Origin: Octopus vulgaris
Lineage: Eukaryota
NCBI GenBank assembly: GCA_951406725.2
Contig: OX597823.1
Coordinates: 620,001-684,000, forward strand
Direction of reading: 5' to 3'
Length of the DNA stretch: 64,000 bases
Made by a program: the position numbers and the translations under genes. Shown one piece after another: positions 13,360 to 24,545 of this stretch. The notes under the pieces were generated by a model, which was given only the letters and a program-made list of their open reading frames with translations, was not told where the DNA came from and did not search any database. The stretch's first letter is position 1. Every line of letters begins with the position of its first letter.

Positions 13360-14935
13360 CTAGCATTATGACCCGTTGTTACTGGGTCATAGTGCTAGTG
13401 CATGTATATATGTGTATATATATGTGTACATATTACATGTACATCTATATATATACATCTACACATAAAATACAAAATACAAAGTTATATCTTGATATCG
13501 CTAGTGATAACAATACTCAAAATATATAACAGACTGGAATTGTTAGCCCGTCTCTTGCAATTTCGATCAATTGTATCTTGTCCTCCCTCTTGTATAGAAG
13601 TGTGGCTACAATCCAGCCTACCTCTACTTCTGGGGGACATTTTAATTTTTTATCCGGGGCGTCCTACGTCCCAGATATAAAGGTAAAAATAAAATATTTC
13701 CACTTTGCAAGTTCGAGTCGAGTACTCCCTTGCACGCTCCGTTGACTCGAACCTTGCTTCTATTGTGGCGAATTTACCGCCTCTAGTTAGATATCTTTCA
13801 TAGTCGCATCAAGACACTTTTCGATGGTGCTTTCCTCCAGGTGTTCAAATCTTTTTTTTTTTCTCTACATTGTATACTTTATAAACAATAGTCTTTTCTT
13901 TAATTTAATTTTTCAATTCGTTTGCTGGTGTTATCCTAGATTCACCGTCTTTGTCGGTGATCAATCTGTATTTCTTCCATTTTAATTTCAATGAGTTCGC
14001 GCCCACCGATGGCTGCAGCGAAATTCATTTTTGGTCTTTCTTCTATTGAAGGCATTCTAACAAAAATTTTTCCGTGTAAATGGTGAAAATATTGTCAATT
14101 TCCCCAAACAGGGACACAATTCAATTTTTAAACAATAACCAAAGCTCCTTCTCCCAAAGGGGGAGGGTTACAGTTTACAATTATTTAACAAATGCAACAC
14201 AACAATGTTTCCTTTACAAGGAACCAACAAACGTGATAACAATAGTTAAACAGTAATAATAGTAACAACAAACCTTACGATGAATCAAAAAGCAGTAAGC
14301 AGTAGAAGCTTTGGTCCTTTATGTATAAGAAATAAACCAACAGCAGTACTCAGTAGAAGCGGCTGTTCGAGAAAACAGATATTACATACAGCCAAACTTC
14401 ATATAGTTACTTAATGCTAGCTAATTAGCAGATGATCTAATGTAAAAGCACAGCTCCATCTGGACTATTCCATTTCTGCACACTAATTTTATTTTTAATT
14501 CATTCCCATTCATGTGAAACCACTTATTCAAGTTCAAGTCATTGATGCAATTTTATACCAATTGCTATTTTTACTTTTTTTTATGTTACGATTATATTAT
14601 ACTTTAGTTTGATTTTAATTATTACTTACTACATATAATTCAATTGTTATTACTATTTTTATTGTTAAAGTGAAAGTATCTGACATAAAATAGAGAAATG
14701 TTTTTGTTTCACTTTTAACACGTAATACTGAAATAGTGGAGAAGATATGATATTGCTATGGGCTCGCCCTAGGCAAGAAGTTGAACTTTTTTTTGCCCAT
14801 GAAACTACATGGACCCTAAGTAAGGCATGTGTAAAATTTGAATGAAATTGGTTGTGTAGTTCTCAAGTTTTAGGGAAACACACAGACAGACACACATTCT
14901 CTGATTTGCCTAGTAGTGGTTTTATCTCTGATTTA

Positions 14936-14940
<5 letters not shown>
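13360..14940 (-). mobile_element. Non-autonomous Helitron
   Basis: The minus-strand 3' end reads GACCCAGTAACAACGGGTC-ATAATG-CTAG|T (hairpin + CTAG + T). The minus-strand 5' region GAGAATGTGTGTCTGTCTGTGTGTTTCCCTAAAACTTGAGAACTACACAACCAATTTCATTCAAATTTTACAC resembles known non-autonomous Helitron 5' ends. Both sides are flanked by (TA)n; the exact 5' TC is obscured. Confidence 0.7.
13530..14055 (-). pseudogene. Frameshifted protein-coding fragment inside the Helitron, resembling a LINE (L1/Tx1-type) ORF1 N-terminus
   Basis: Stitching frames gives MPSIEERPKMNFAAAIGGRE/LKLKWKKYRLITDKDGESRITPANELKN*IKEKTIVYKVYNVEKK/FEHLEESTIEKCLDATMK/YLTRGGKFATIEARFESTERAREYSTR/LQSGNILFLPLYLGRRTPRIK/NVP/PEVEVGWIVATLLYKREDKIQLIEIARDG. 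The sequence is CpG-richer than its flanks. The family assignment is by resemblance only. Confidence 0.45.
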
Positions 14941-14988
<48 letters not shown>

Positions 14989-15193
14989 GTCACCAATGGT
15001 TGTTGTATTTTTCTGATAATGATAGGTTAGATAGGATGATGTCTATATTACAATATTACAATAATATGTTGTGTGTGTATAGGAATATTATGATCATGAA
15101 ATTAGCATTAGTTTGTCGTACTCTTTTTCATGGAACCTCCAAGAACCTGTTGCGGAACCCTGGGGTTTGGGGAGCCCCAGTTGAGAAATGCTG

Positions 15194-15510
15194 GATTAGA
15201 GTATGAAAAGAGGGCGAGAAATAGGTGTCTTGCAGAAAAGATTCCATGGCCACCTCATTTGGAGAAAGAGAGAGAAGAGACAATGGGTGAGGGTACACAC
15301 AAATCCCAGGAAGGTGGAGATAAATGGATTGAAGGATTTGATAAGGTAAGTGGATGGGCAAGATTGAGAAGGGAATGTGGTTAACAGAGACAGAGAGGTG
15401 TTAAGAGGATATGTTGTGGAGAAGGGATTCAACAGGGACACATTGTGTGCAGGTAGGTTGATGAGGGGTGTAAAAGGAGAGTGGGAGTGGGGGGTTTAGG
15501 GTGCTTTTGT
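15194..15510 (-). mobile_element. RTE family B 3' UTR, right part of the split copy
   Basis: AGGTGTCTTGCAGAAAAGATTCCATGGCCACCTC... corresponds to the reverse complement of about 4990-5060; purine-rich on the plus strand. Confidence 0.55.
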
Positions 15511-17149
15511 TCAAAGTAACGGGCATTGCAAGTGAACAGAGGCCTTCAAGCGAAAGACTTCAGCTTTTAGTTCAAATCTTTTTACATCATTTGTGATGCT
15601 GACACCATTGAGAGATGTTGCATGATTTCCAGTTTGCTTCTCTTAAAATCTCAAAAGTTGAAGAACTATCAATATTTCATGAGGAAATGCTAATAAATTT
15701 GCAGGGAGTCAATGACTTGGGTTGTATTCCTATCTAAAAACTGTTATATTTTATTATAATAAATCTTATATAAGTATATCTGTACATATAACTGAAACCC
15801 TGCTAACCCTTCTCATCACATTTTATGCTGTTTTGTTTTTTTCATCAAACATTTCATTACCAAAAGAACCTCCAGCTTTGTAGGGTCCACTTCTACTACT
15901 TGAACTTCCACTGGTGCTGCCCTTCACAAGAATTGCAAAATGACATTCTTAACCATTCGATCACACCACCACCAGCACCACCATGATAGCTGGATGCTCT
16001 TCCTCTCTCCACCAAGCAGTATTTTCCCAGAGTCCTTCTTACAACAAATACTCTAGTCATGCTTTTGCAGATGAGTTTAAACAAATGGTAAATTTCTGTA
16101 TGAATGATGACCCTTGTTTATAATCAGGGCACAAAAAAAAAGGGAATTAAAAATTAATATATTCATAAATATTGTAACTGAAAGGGGATCCAAGAATCGA
16201 AGTAGTTACCTCGGTCACCACTCCTGCAAATACTGGCTAACAGAGTACACAGAAAGGAACAATCCTGCATCTGAAGAAAGGGACTGAAAATCCAAGAAGT
16301 TTTGGTGAGTCACAGAGTATAACAACATACGGGAAAAGAAAGAAAAAACTGTTATATTCTGCAACATACAGGTTGGATAAACCCTTTTGCATCTCTTGAG
16401 TAGATGCTTTCTCATTACCAGAAATGTGGTTCTTCTCACCAAATTGTCTGCATCTATATCTGGGGGGATTCATCCAAGTTTCCTTCAATCAACTGATTCA
16501 CCATTTGCTCAAGAAGAAATGACTAGGAAATTTAAGCAGTATCACTTGATATTACGAGTAAATATCAGTACCTCCAATCTTTTTCTTTCCACACACACAC
16601 ACACACACGATGGGATTCCTCCAGTTTCCTCAACCAAATGTCACTCACATGGCACTGGCCATCCATGTCATTGCAATGGAAATGAACTACAAACTGTGTA
16701 GCTGTGAAATGAATTGCTTAACCTCCTGACCATGCCAGTGCTCCTACACACCCACACAGAGACATAGACATAAGCATATATAATATTACACACACACACA
16801 CACACACACATAGGCACACATGGTTTAGAAACGTAAATAGATAATCTGAAAGAAAAACAAAGTTTTATTTTATTTTTGTCTGTTTTTATCTCTTTTGTTA
16901 CAACATAAAAATAGGACGAAAATAGAAGAAATATTTAAAATTCATTGAGAAAGATAGAGCGAGTTGTAAGGAATTCCATCCAAAGTGGCATTCTTCGAGG
17001 GTTGTAGCGTTTATGGGGTGGTTATTGTGTGGAGGAGAGTTTAGGGTGGATGAGGAGGAGGGATTAAAATAAAAAAAAGATGTTATATTAATTTCAACAC
17101 AAGCTATAATTAGTGGGAAGTGTGTGGATACATGTGGGTGTGTGCGTGC

Positions 17150-17181
<32 letters not shown>

Positions 17182-17308
17182 CAAACATCTAAGATAGGAG
17201 GATGTATTACATACATGCCACCACCGCCACCTCACCCCACTGCATCAAGCCCCAGTGTGTAGGTGCAGCCGAACAAGCACAAATACACACACACATTTAA
17301 TCATGTCA

Positions 17309-17343
<35 letters not shown>

Positions 17344-17728
17344 ACACAGAGTGAAAGAGATATTCCTGTGGACATCCATTTTATGTGTTTATGAATTTGT
17401 GTGGGTGGAGCGTGTGTGTGTGTGTGTGTGTGTGTTTATGTATTGCATGTGTGAACAAACTCTTAAGAATATTTTAAGGAGAAGGAATTGAGGCAAAAGG
17501 AGGAGTAAAATTAAAGTAGAAGTAGGAGTAAGTGGGGGGGGGGGAGAAGAAAACAAAGAGTTTGCCTATCTACGATTTTGTTTGTTTGTTTGTTTGAAGC
17601 AGGAAGTGGTTGTTGATTGTGGGGGGTAGGTGTGAGGAAGAGAAGGTGGTAGAGGAGGTTTTCACAGTTAGACAGAGACATCATTGTGTTAGTGGTGGTG
17701 GTGGTGGTTGGGGGGGAGGTGACATAAG

Positions 17729-17815
17729 GCCAGTCCAGCCAGCCAGCCAGCCAGCCAGTCCAGCCAGCCAGCCAGTCCAGCCAGCCAGCCAGTCCATCCA
17801 GTCCAGCCAGTCCAT
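17729..17815. repeat. (CCAG)n tetranucleotide repeat with CCAGT variants
   Basis: Direct reading. Confidence 0.9.
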
Positions 17816-18159
17816 ACAATTGCTACATTCTCATTTGGAACCAAAAGTTTCTCCAATTTAAAAAAAAAAAAGGCAACTTCGTTTCATTCATGAATATTTT
17901 CAAAGTGACAAGTATGGTTATGTAAGAGAGGGGCTCCTGGCCAAGCTGGGGCTCTTGGACAAGAGAATCTCACAGCTGAATTCACATCACTTATGTTGGT
18001 AATGCATGAATATCACAACATTCTCATTTCTCTCTTATAAAACTACAGACTTTGTATTTAGGCAAAAGAAACTAATATTTGATAGAAAGAAATACTGTTG
18101 CTTTGTTAGTAAAAAGGATGGCCGCTGCCGCTGCCACCACCACCACCACCCCACCACCA

Positions 18160-18380
18160 CCATCATCATCATCATAATTTCCCTTGCATGGGTAGAGTGA
18201 AGTTTGTTGAAGCTGATTTTCTATGGCCGCGTGCCCTTCTTGTCAGCAACCCTGTTACCAAATAAGGAATTGCTTCCCTCCCATGGCTAGACATGCTTCG
18301 ACAGAAGATTAGAAATGGAGGATACTGCTTGTACAACAGTGATGCTTGTTTACAACCACTGCATGATGTGAAGACATATC
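18160..18380 (-). mobile_element. SINE 3' part with RTE-like tail
   Basis: CATCATCAT...TTTTCTATGGCCGCGTGCCCTTCTTGTCAGCAACCC...AGACATGCTT...TTTACAACCACTGCATGATGT is homologous to 52780-53010, 53865-54100 and 62925-63110. Confidence 0.65.
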
Positions 18381-18949
18381 AGAATCTCAAAATCAAAATG
18401 GAAATTGTAGTTGTGACTGGCACCAGTGCTGGTGGCATGTAAAAAGCACCATCTGAACATGGTCGATGCCACTTCCCACCTGCCAAGTCAGTTTCTGCAC
18501 CACACAACATGCACTGCAGTATTCAATTACATCATTTGATGTATTTCTTAAGTTCAAATCCTGTCAGGAGTCAACACTGTATCACAGTAACCTGCCTTCT
18601 CTCTGGCACCACTGCGATCGGAGAGTTGCTGGATTACTAAATTTTCCTTACCAAATAAGACTCATTAAAACTTTATACATGTATGTATTATCATTGATAT
18701 TCAGAATATATATATAGTATGTGTGTGTGGATGTACACACACACATACACAAACATGATGATTGTTTCATCTTGACAGATGACAGCTGTCTCCTCAACAC
18801 ACTCACAACACTCCATCATACTGCACAATCCCTCCATTGATGAGCCCTTAAATGACTTTTAAGACCAGCTGCTGACTGACGGGCTTTAAAACACAAGTGA
18901 CAGATATCATTTAAGTGTCTTCTATATCTTTGCCCTTTGGAATCTGATT

Positions 18950-20330
18950 CTGAAGGAATGTTTTTGTGAACTAGCGTATGTCTTTTAAATCCAGATACTG
19001 TCTTACAAGTTTTCTGACATATGACACAAGTCGTAAGAGGTGGTTGTGGAGCTCAAGATCATTACCTATCTGGGCATTACGATTTCTATATGATTCACGT
19101 ATCCTGCTTTTGACATGGTCACATATAATACACACCCAATGTTCACTGTTGATCACAGTTCCAATTGTTCCTTTACGACAGGTCCTTTTAAGTTCAGAGT
19201 ACTCAATCATCTTTTCCTCCCAGGCATTAGAACCAGTCCTAACAGCACCTCTCCACTTGTTCCAATCTAGAACATCAGTTTCTCAATCACTTCTGTTCAT
19301 ATCTAGTTTCTTCAGGTTTTACTTCAAACAATCTTTATACCTTTTCTTTGGCTTATGTTGTGGTCGCTCACCAGAGTTGAGCTCATCATAAAAAAGATGT
19401 TTTGGCAATCGTTCATCTTTCATTCTAATAACATATCCATCCCAGAGCCAAGACAACATGTTGTTCAACTGAGCTACAATGTGCCGAGTGCAAAACTTGT
19501 GTATCTGGTATGAAACATTCCCACTTGACTCCCAAGATACATCTGAGCTACTTTTGATGGAATCTCTCCAGCATTTTCATGGGACGCCTGTAAGTGGTCC
19601 ACATCTCACTCAAATAAAGAAGTGCAGCCAATACACACGTTTCATTGTCTGCTTTGTGGTTGTTCTGGGTCCTTTAGTAAATCCCTTCTGATTGCAAACC
19701 CAACACTTCCTTTCCTTTTTTTCTCCCTTCGGCTTCCCAACCCAGAATAATGTGAAACCTGCTGCTTTTTTGACAAGATGATCTTCATCTGAACATCTTG
19801 CTTCAGAAATAGCTGCAATATCAACATTAAGACACCACAGCTCCTTAGTTACAAGACCTGGTCTTCTTTTAGGCCTATCCACTCGATCTAAAAGGGTTCT
19901 CACATTCCAGCCAGGCCGGATAAAGAGAAACCTCATTCTTTGCATAGTTGTTATCATTGTTTTTATCAACTCTTCATTCCGTCCGGCTCAATTGAATGAA
20001 ACATTATCTGCAGTAAACTGACCACCAGAGAAAAGACAGACGATTTTTAGTGCACCTTTCCTAGCACATTCCCAGTATATCCAGGTGAGCAGTGTTCTCC
20101 TTAAAAGGACTGCTCAGACACAGGATTCTCCACCAAAAGCAATTCCTGTCCATGTAAATATGTTAGCAATGTTCAAATAAGAAGAATCCTACCACGTTAG
20201 GGGCAGATTCGTCACTGTCTGCTTCCAACCAGTCGAGTCTGCAGACGTGGCCACACCCCTACCACCATGGGACTTTTGAAAAGTGAAGATTGTACGATGA
20301 GGGTGTTAACACTTTTGCCACTCTCTGGGT
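18950..20330 (-). mobile_element. RTE-BovB-like LINE, internally deleted (5' UTR + endonuclease N-terminus fused to RT C-terminus)
   Basis: WNVRTLLDR...RRPGLVTKEL..LNVDIAAISEAR...GFTLFWVGKP...VGFAIR (AP endonuclease start) joins at about 19650 to ETCVLAALLYLSEMWTTYR...LERFHQK.LRCILGVKW...IRMKDERLPKHLFYDELNSGERPQHKPRKRYKDCLK. Outer limits are approximate. Confidence 0.75.
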
Positions 20331-20979
20331 CAAAATAGTACATTACAGTGACAAGCACGCACACACACAGTTTTATCAGTATTCTGTTTATAGCTGAAAT
20401 GTGAGAAATAAAAACAAATAAAAATTAGAACAAGTTTTATTTCCTTAACAAATAAAAGTCCTGCAGATGCAGTGAAATGAAATATTATTCTTTGAGAAAT
20501 GATCCATTTTAGATAGCACAGAAGCTTTCTTTTAATGACAATTAATTAATTAACAAGAACCCAAATTAGCATTAATTCTCTTGACTGTAATTAACAACAT
20601 ATTTTCTTGTATTTTTCTTTCTGAGTGTGGGTTGCATGAAAGTTCCAGTTATTTGTGTGTGTGTGTGTGTGCGTGTGTGGGAGAGAGAGAGGGGGGGGGG
20701 AGAGAGTCGACTCAGATAGAAATTGCAAGAATAATCAGCAGTGAATAAATAACTGAATTTGAAATTTTTTTATGTTCAAATGCCTCACAAATTCTGAAGA
20801 ACTATGATTAATTATATAAACCATTAAGAATGTGTGGGGTCTGTGTTAGAAATCCCTTTACGGAAGCACGGCAGCAGTTAAAAACAGTGTAAATGCTGGT
20901 CTAAATACCCTGAAAAACATTTAATTCTGGGTGGTTTATATAGTCATAGTTCTGGTCAATCAGAACTGACCCAGGGTTA

Positions 20980-21010
<31 letters not shown>

Positions 21011-22109
21011 AGGGCCTGTTTGTTTGTTTGTTTGTTTTTCGGGGAGAAGACAGAGTTGCCTAAATGAAGTTTTGTACATTGCCAGGGCTTATTTTAACAC
21101 TGAAAGAGAGAGGAGTGATTTCAATGTATAAGAAGGAAAATTAAATGTTTTTCAGAGTAATATAGACCAACATTTACACTGTTTATTACTACTGCATTGC
21201 CTCCGTAAAGGGATTTCTAACAAAGGCCCAAGGTCACACATTCTGGGAGGCTTTTATAGTTAATTATATTAACGACAGTCAACCTCGGCTGGGATTTGAA
21301 GTCAGAACATAAAAAGAGAATAAATAATTCGCATTTTGTCAGTTGTTTTGATTCTATCAATGACCCCCCCCCCTTTAGGTAGCTGCCACAGTAATGAATT
21401 CCACCACATCACACTCGAAATCTCTGTCCCATTAGCTTTAGCAAATCCACAATTTCATTATAGTTGAGTGGTTTTCATCCTGTATTAAGGCAAACCCTAC
21501 AATCAATACCATTCTTGGTTCTAACCTTGCCATAAGTAAAAGAGGAATATAAAAGACAGAATCAAGTTGACTGGGATTTAGTTTATCACCAATAAAATCC
21601 AGACAGAAGAAATGTGGAAATATCTGCCACAAGGTTCAACCTTCAAATGTCAAAATAATGTGGGGCATTGAATGATGCAGTTGACAACTTTTTCTCACTC
21701 TTTTAGCCTTAGTCACAATTTTTAACACTGGTAATTAATTAAATGGGTTTTCGTACATAATTGATTATTCATCTAATCAACCCCTGGTGAGATAAAAAGA
21801 ACAAGCAAAAACCACAGGGTTGACCCAGGTAGAAGTTGAACTCAGAAAGAGGAAGAAGAAAAGTGAATACTGCTTTGTATTTAATCTGGAGCTCTAACCC
21901 CTTCGCCATCCCAGTCTCAACAACACACACACACACTCGTATATAAATATCTCAAACACTACATTTCGTGTTGGTGGAATAGTATTAATGCACCCTTAGT
22001 TGCCTCCCTTACACTATCTTCAAAATTCAACACCCTCCAGCCTCACAGTCCACCCAGAAAGGGATACACTTACACTCGAGTAACACTAGTATATCGCCAA
22101 TAGTAAATA

Positions 22110-22345
22110 TAGGCGCAGGCGTGACTGTGTGGTAAGAAGCCTGCTTCTCAACCAAATGGTTCTGGGTTCAGTCCCACTGCGTGGCATCTAGGCCAAGTGT
22201 TTTTTTTACTCTGGTCTCAGACTTGCCTTGCCAAAGCCTTGTGAGTGGATTTGGAAGACGGAAACTGAAAGAAGCCCATCATCTATGTATTTAGTTATAT
22301 GTATGTGTCTGTCCCCACCTGGTTGCTTGACAACCGATGTTGGTG
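22110..22345 (+). mobile_element. tRNA-derived SINE family A
   Basis: GGCGCAGGCGTGACTGTGTGGTAAGAAGCCTGCTTCTCAACCAAATGGTTCTGGGTTCAGTCCCACTGCGTGGCA...AAAGCCTTGTGAGTGGATTTGG...GAAACTGAAAGAAGCCC; Pol III A/B-box-like head. Confidence 0.85.
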
Positions 22346-22399
22346 TGTTTTTTATCAGATGTTTATTGGTGACTTCTCAATAATAATGCTAACCACAAC

Positions 22400-22821
22400 A
22401 ACAATCCTTTTTAGGCACAAGGCCTGAAATTTTGGGGGAAGGCAGGTAGGGTGCTGGTCAAATACATCAACCCCAGCACTCAATTGGTATTTATTTCACT
22501 GACCCTGAAGGAAGGAAAGGCAAAGTTGACCCATGCAAAATTTGAACTCTGCATATAATGACAGCAAAAATACCACAAAGTATTTTGTCCAGCATGCTAA
22601 GGATTATGGTTTCAGATTTTGCCACAAGGACAGCCATTCTGGGGGAGGGGTGAGTTGATTACATCGAACCCAGTGTTTAACTGGTACTTAATTTATCGAC
22701 CCCAAAAGGATGAAAGGCAAAGTCGACCTCAGCAGAATTTAAACTCAGAAAATGTAGACAGATGAAATACCACTAAGCATTTTGTCTGTCATGCTAACGA
22801 TTCTGCCAGCTCACCACCTTT

Positions 22822-22855
<34 letters not shown>

Positions 22856-23085
22856 TAATAATAATAATAATGATTTCAAATTTTGGCACAAAGTCATCAA
22901 TTTTAGTGGAGGAGATAAGTCAATTACATTAAACCCCAGTATTCAACTGGTACTTATTTTCTCGACCCTGGAAGGATGAAATGCAAAGTCAACCTCGGTG
23001 GAATTTGAACTCAGAATGTGAAGACAGACGAAATGCTGCAAAGCATTTTGCCCAGTGTGCTAATGATTCTGCCAGCTCACCTTCT
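22400..23085 (-). mobile_element. Three tandem Meta-domain-like SINEs (family B)
   Basis: Copies at about 22410-22605, 22607-22820 and 22872-23085. Each reverse-complements to GAGCTGGCAGAATC...TTCTGAGTTCAAATTC...GAGGTCGACTTTGCCTTTCATCCTTT.GGGGTCGATAAA.TAAGTACCAGTT, whose core resembles the MetaSINE domain. Confidence 0.8.
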
Positions 23086-23109
23086 TAATAACAATAATAA
23101 TAACAACAA

Positions 23110-23617
23110 CAACAAAAAGATGGTTTAGATACACCCCAGAAAAGGTTTCAGAAAATGATAGAGCAACCATACTCTAGGATATGCCAATACACCCAGACAG
23201 AAAACAAGGCTAATAGACTGGATATTGTTGTCAGAGATCACCAAGAAAAAAAGGATACCTTCTAATTGATGTATCAATACCAACAGATGATAATGTAAAA
23301 TAAATAGAGAAACTCTCAAAGTACAAAGATCTGCGAATAGAGATAACCTGAATGTGAAGCCTAAAAACAGCAACAATTCCTATAATAGTAGGTATTATTA
23401 AAAAACATTCAGACAAATACGTAACCAAAACACCAGGACTTAATATAACACACAGAAAATAGCACCACTAGGCACATCCGACATAGAACACTTTGAACAG
23501 TGAAAAAAGAGAGCATCACAACAAACCACAGCACATAACCCAAGGCAGACGGAGCTGCACTCGGGCAATGCAGTGAAAGCATGGGATAAAGATAAGACTA
23601 TTGAATAATAATAATAA
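23110..23617 (+). mobile_element. R4/Dong-clade LINE 3' end (restriction-like endonuclease domain + 3' UTR) in a (TAA)n tract
   Basis: Translates to TPEKVSENDRATIL*DMPIH.DR..KANRLDIVVRDHQ...LLIDVSIPTDDNV...EKLSKYKDLRIEIT, the PD..D REL-endonuclease region. It ends in GAATAATAATAATAAT and is preceded by TAA/CAA repeats. Confidence 0.8.
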
Positions 23618-23710
23618 TGGTTTCAAATTTTGGGGGTGAGGGTCAGTTGATTACATTGACCACAGTGCTTGACTGGTACTTATTTTATGAACCCCGAAAA
23701 GATGACAGCC
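23618..23710 (-). mobile_element. Family B SINE 3' fragment
   Basis: GGTTTCAAATTTTGG...GATTACATTGACCACAGTG...ACTGGTACTTATTTTATG. Confidence 0.7.
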
Positions 23711-24354
23711 AGAACTTGAATGCTCCAACTTCCTCTTCTTCTGATTAAAAATCATAGTTTTTATTCCGATGGAAGAATATCGGATTTCTTTTTTTCATTG
23801 ATTTATCACAAATTTTGTAAATACTAGTGTGATTGGTTGTAGGTTTCCAATTGGAAGAACAGGAATTGGAAGGAATAAATACAACAAGGTACTTTTGTCA
23901 CACAGACACACACGACAATTTCCATCCAAAGTCCGGCACAGTTGAGATTGAACCAAGAATCATTCGATTACAGAGTAAGACTCTCCAGCACAGCTGCTGC
24001 TTATACCTGTGTCTAGTTGCATGATTAATCGACCAAACACAGACAAACGTGCAAAGGAGATGAGCAAAGAGAGCAGTTACACCAATGAATCAGTGAATAA
24101 AGAGCAGTTGTGGCTGTCTTATTTATTCAACTATTTCCTACTTTTGTGTCTGGCAAGTATTGACAGAAAACTTGTTGGGGGCCAATGTTTGTTGAAGAGT
24201 CTTCATAATTGCTATTAACAACCGAGACTTGTGATAAACATTCCCAATCGACCGGATGCCATCAGTTGCTCTCCTCTTCACTCTTACAACATCTGTCATC
24301 ATCTTCTTTTTCCTGCACCTTCAACTCATTATTGTATTAAATGATAAAGCAACC

Positions 24355-24545
24355 GGATGGCAGAATCGTTAGCATGCCAGGGAAAAGGCTCAGTGGCATT
24401 TTGCTCATCTTTACGTTCCAAGTTCAAATCCTGTAAGGGTCACTCTTTCCTCTCCTACTTTCACAGTTGAGGTCAATGTAATCGATTCATTCCCACCATC
24501 CTAAAATTGCTGGCCTTGTGCCAAAACTTGAAACCATTATTATAT
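24355..24545 (+). mobile_element. Family B SINE
   Basis: TGGCAGAATCGTTAGCATGCCAGGG...AGTTCAAATCC...TGCTGGCCTTGTGCCAAAACTTGAAACCATTATTAT. Confidence 0.75.

Larger units (their letters stand above)
11766..15193. mobile_element. hAT (Charlie-like) MITE split by 3.1 kb of nested insertions
   Basis: Left TIR CAGTGTATCTTAAC (11766) and right TIR GTTGAGAAATGCTG (ends 15193). Flanks GATTAGAA (11758-11765) and GATTAGAG (15194-15201) form a 7/8-identical 8-bp TSD. MITE body is about 11766-11890 plus 14985-15193. Confidence 0.75.

Noticed and set aside
15890-16560. Short minus-strand ORFs in unique-looking DNA
   Set aside because: No recognisable motifs and no consistent frame or splice pattern. It could be an old TE relic but is unassignable.
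18835-18910. Hammerhead-like TTGATGA-GCCC...GGGC-TTTAAAAC
   Set aside because: The GAAA core is absent and stems I and III are not evident.
22110-22190. tRNA gene
   Set aside because: A/B-box-like motifs continue into a dispersed SINE body and there is no intact cloverleaf. The same holds for 9527, 30050, 45455 and 62728.
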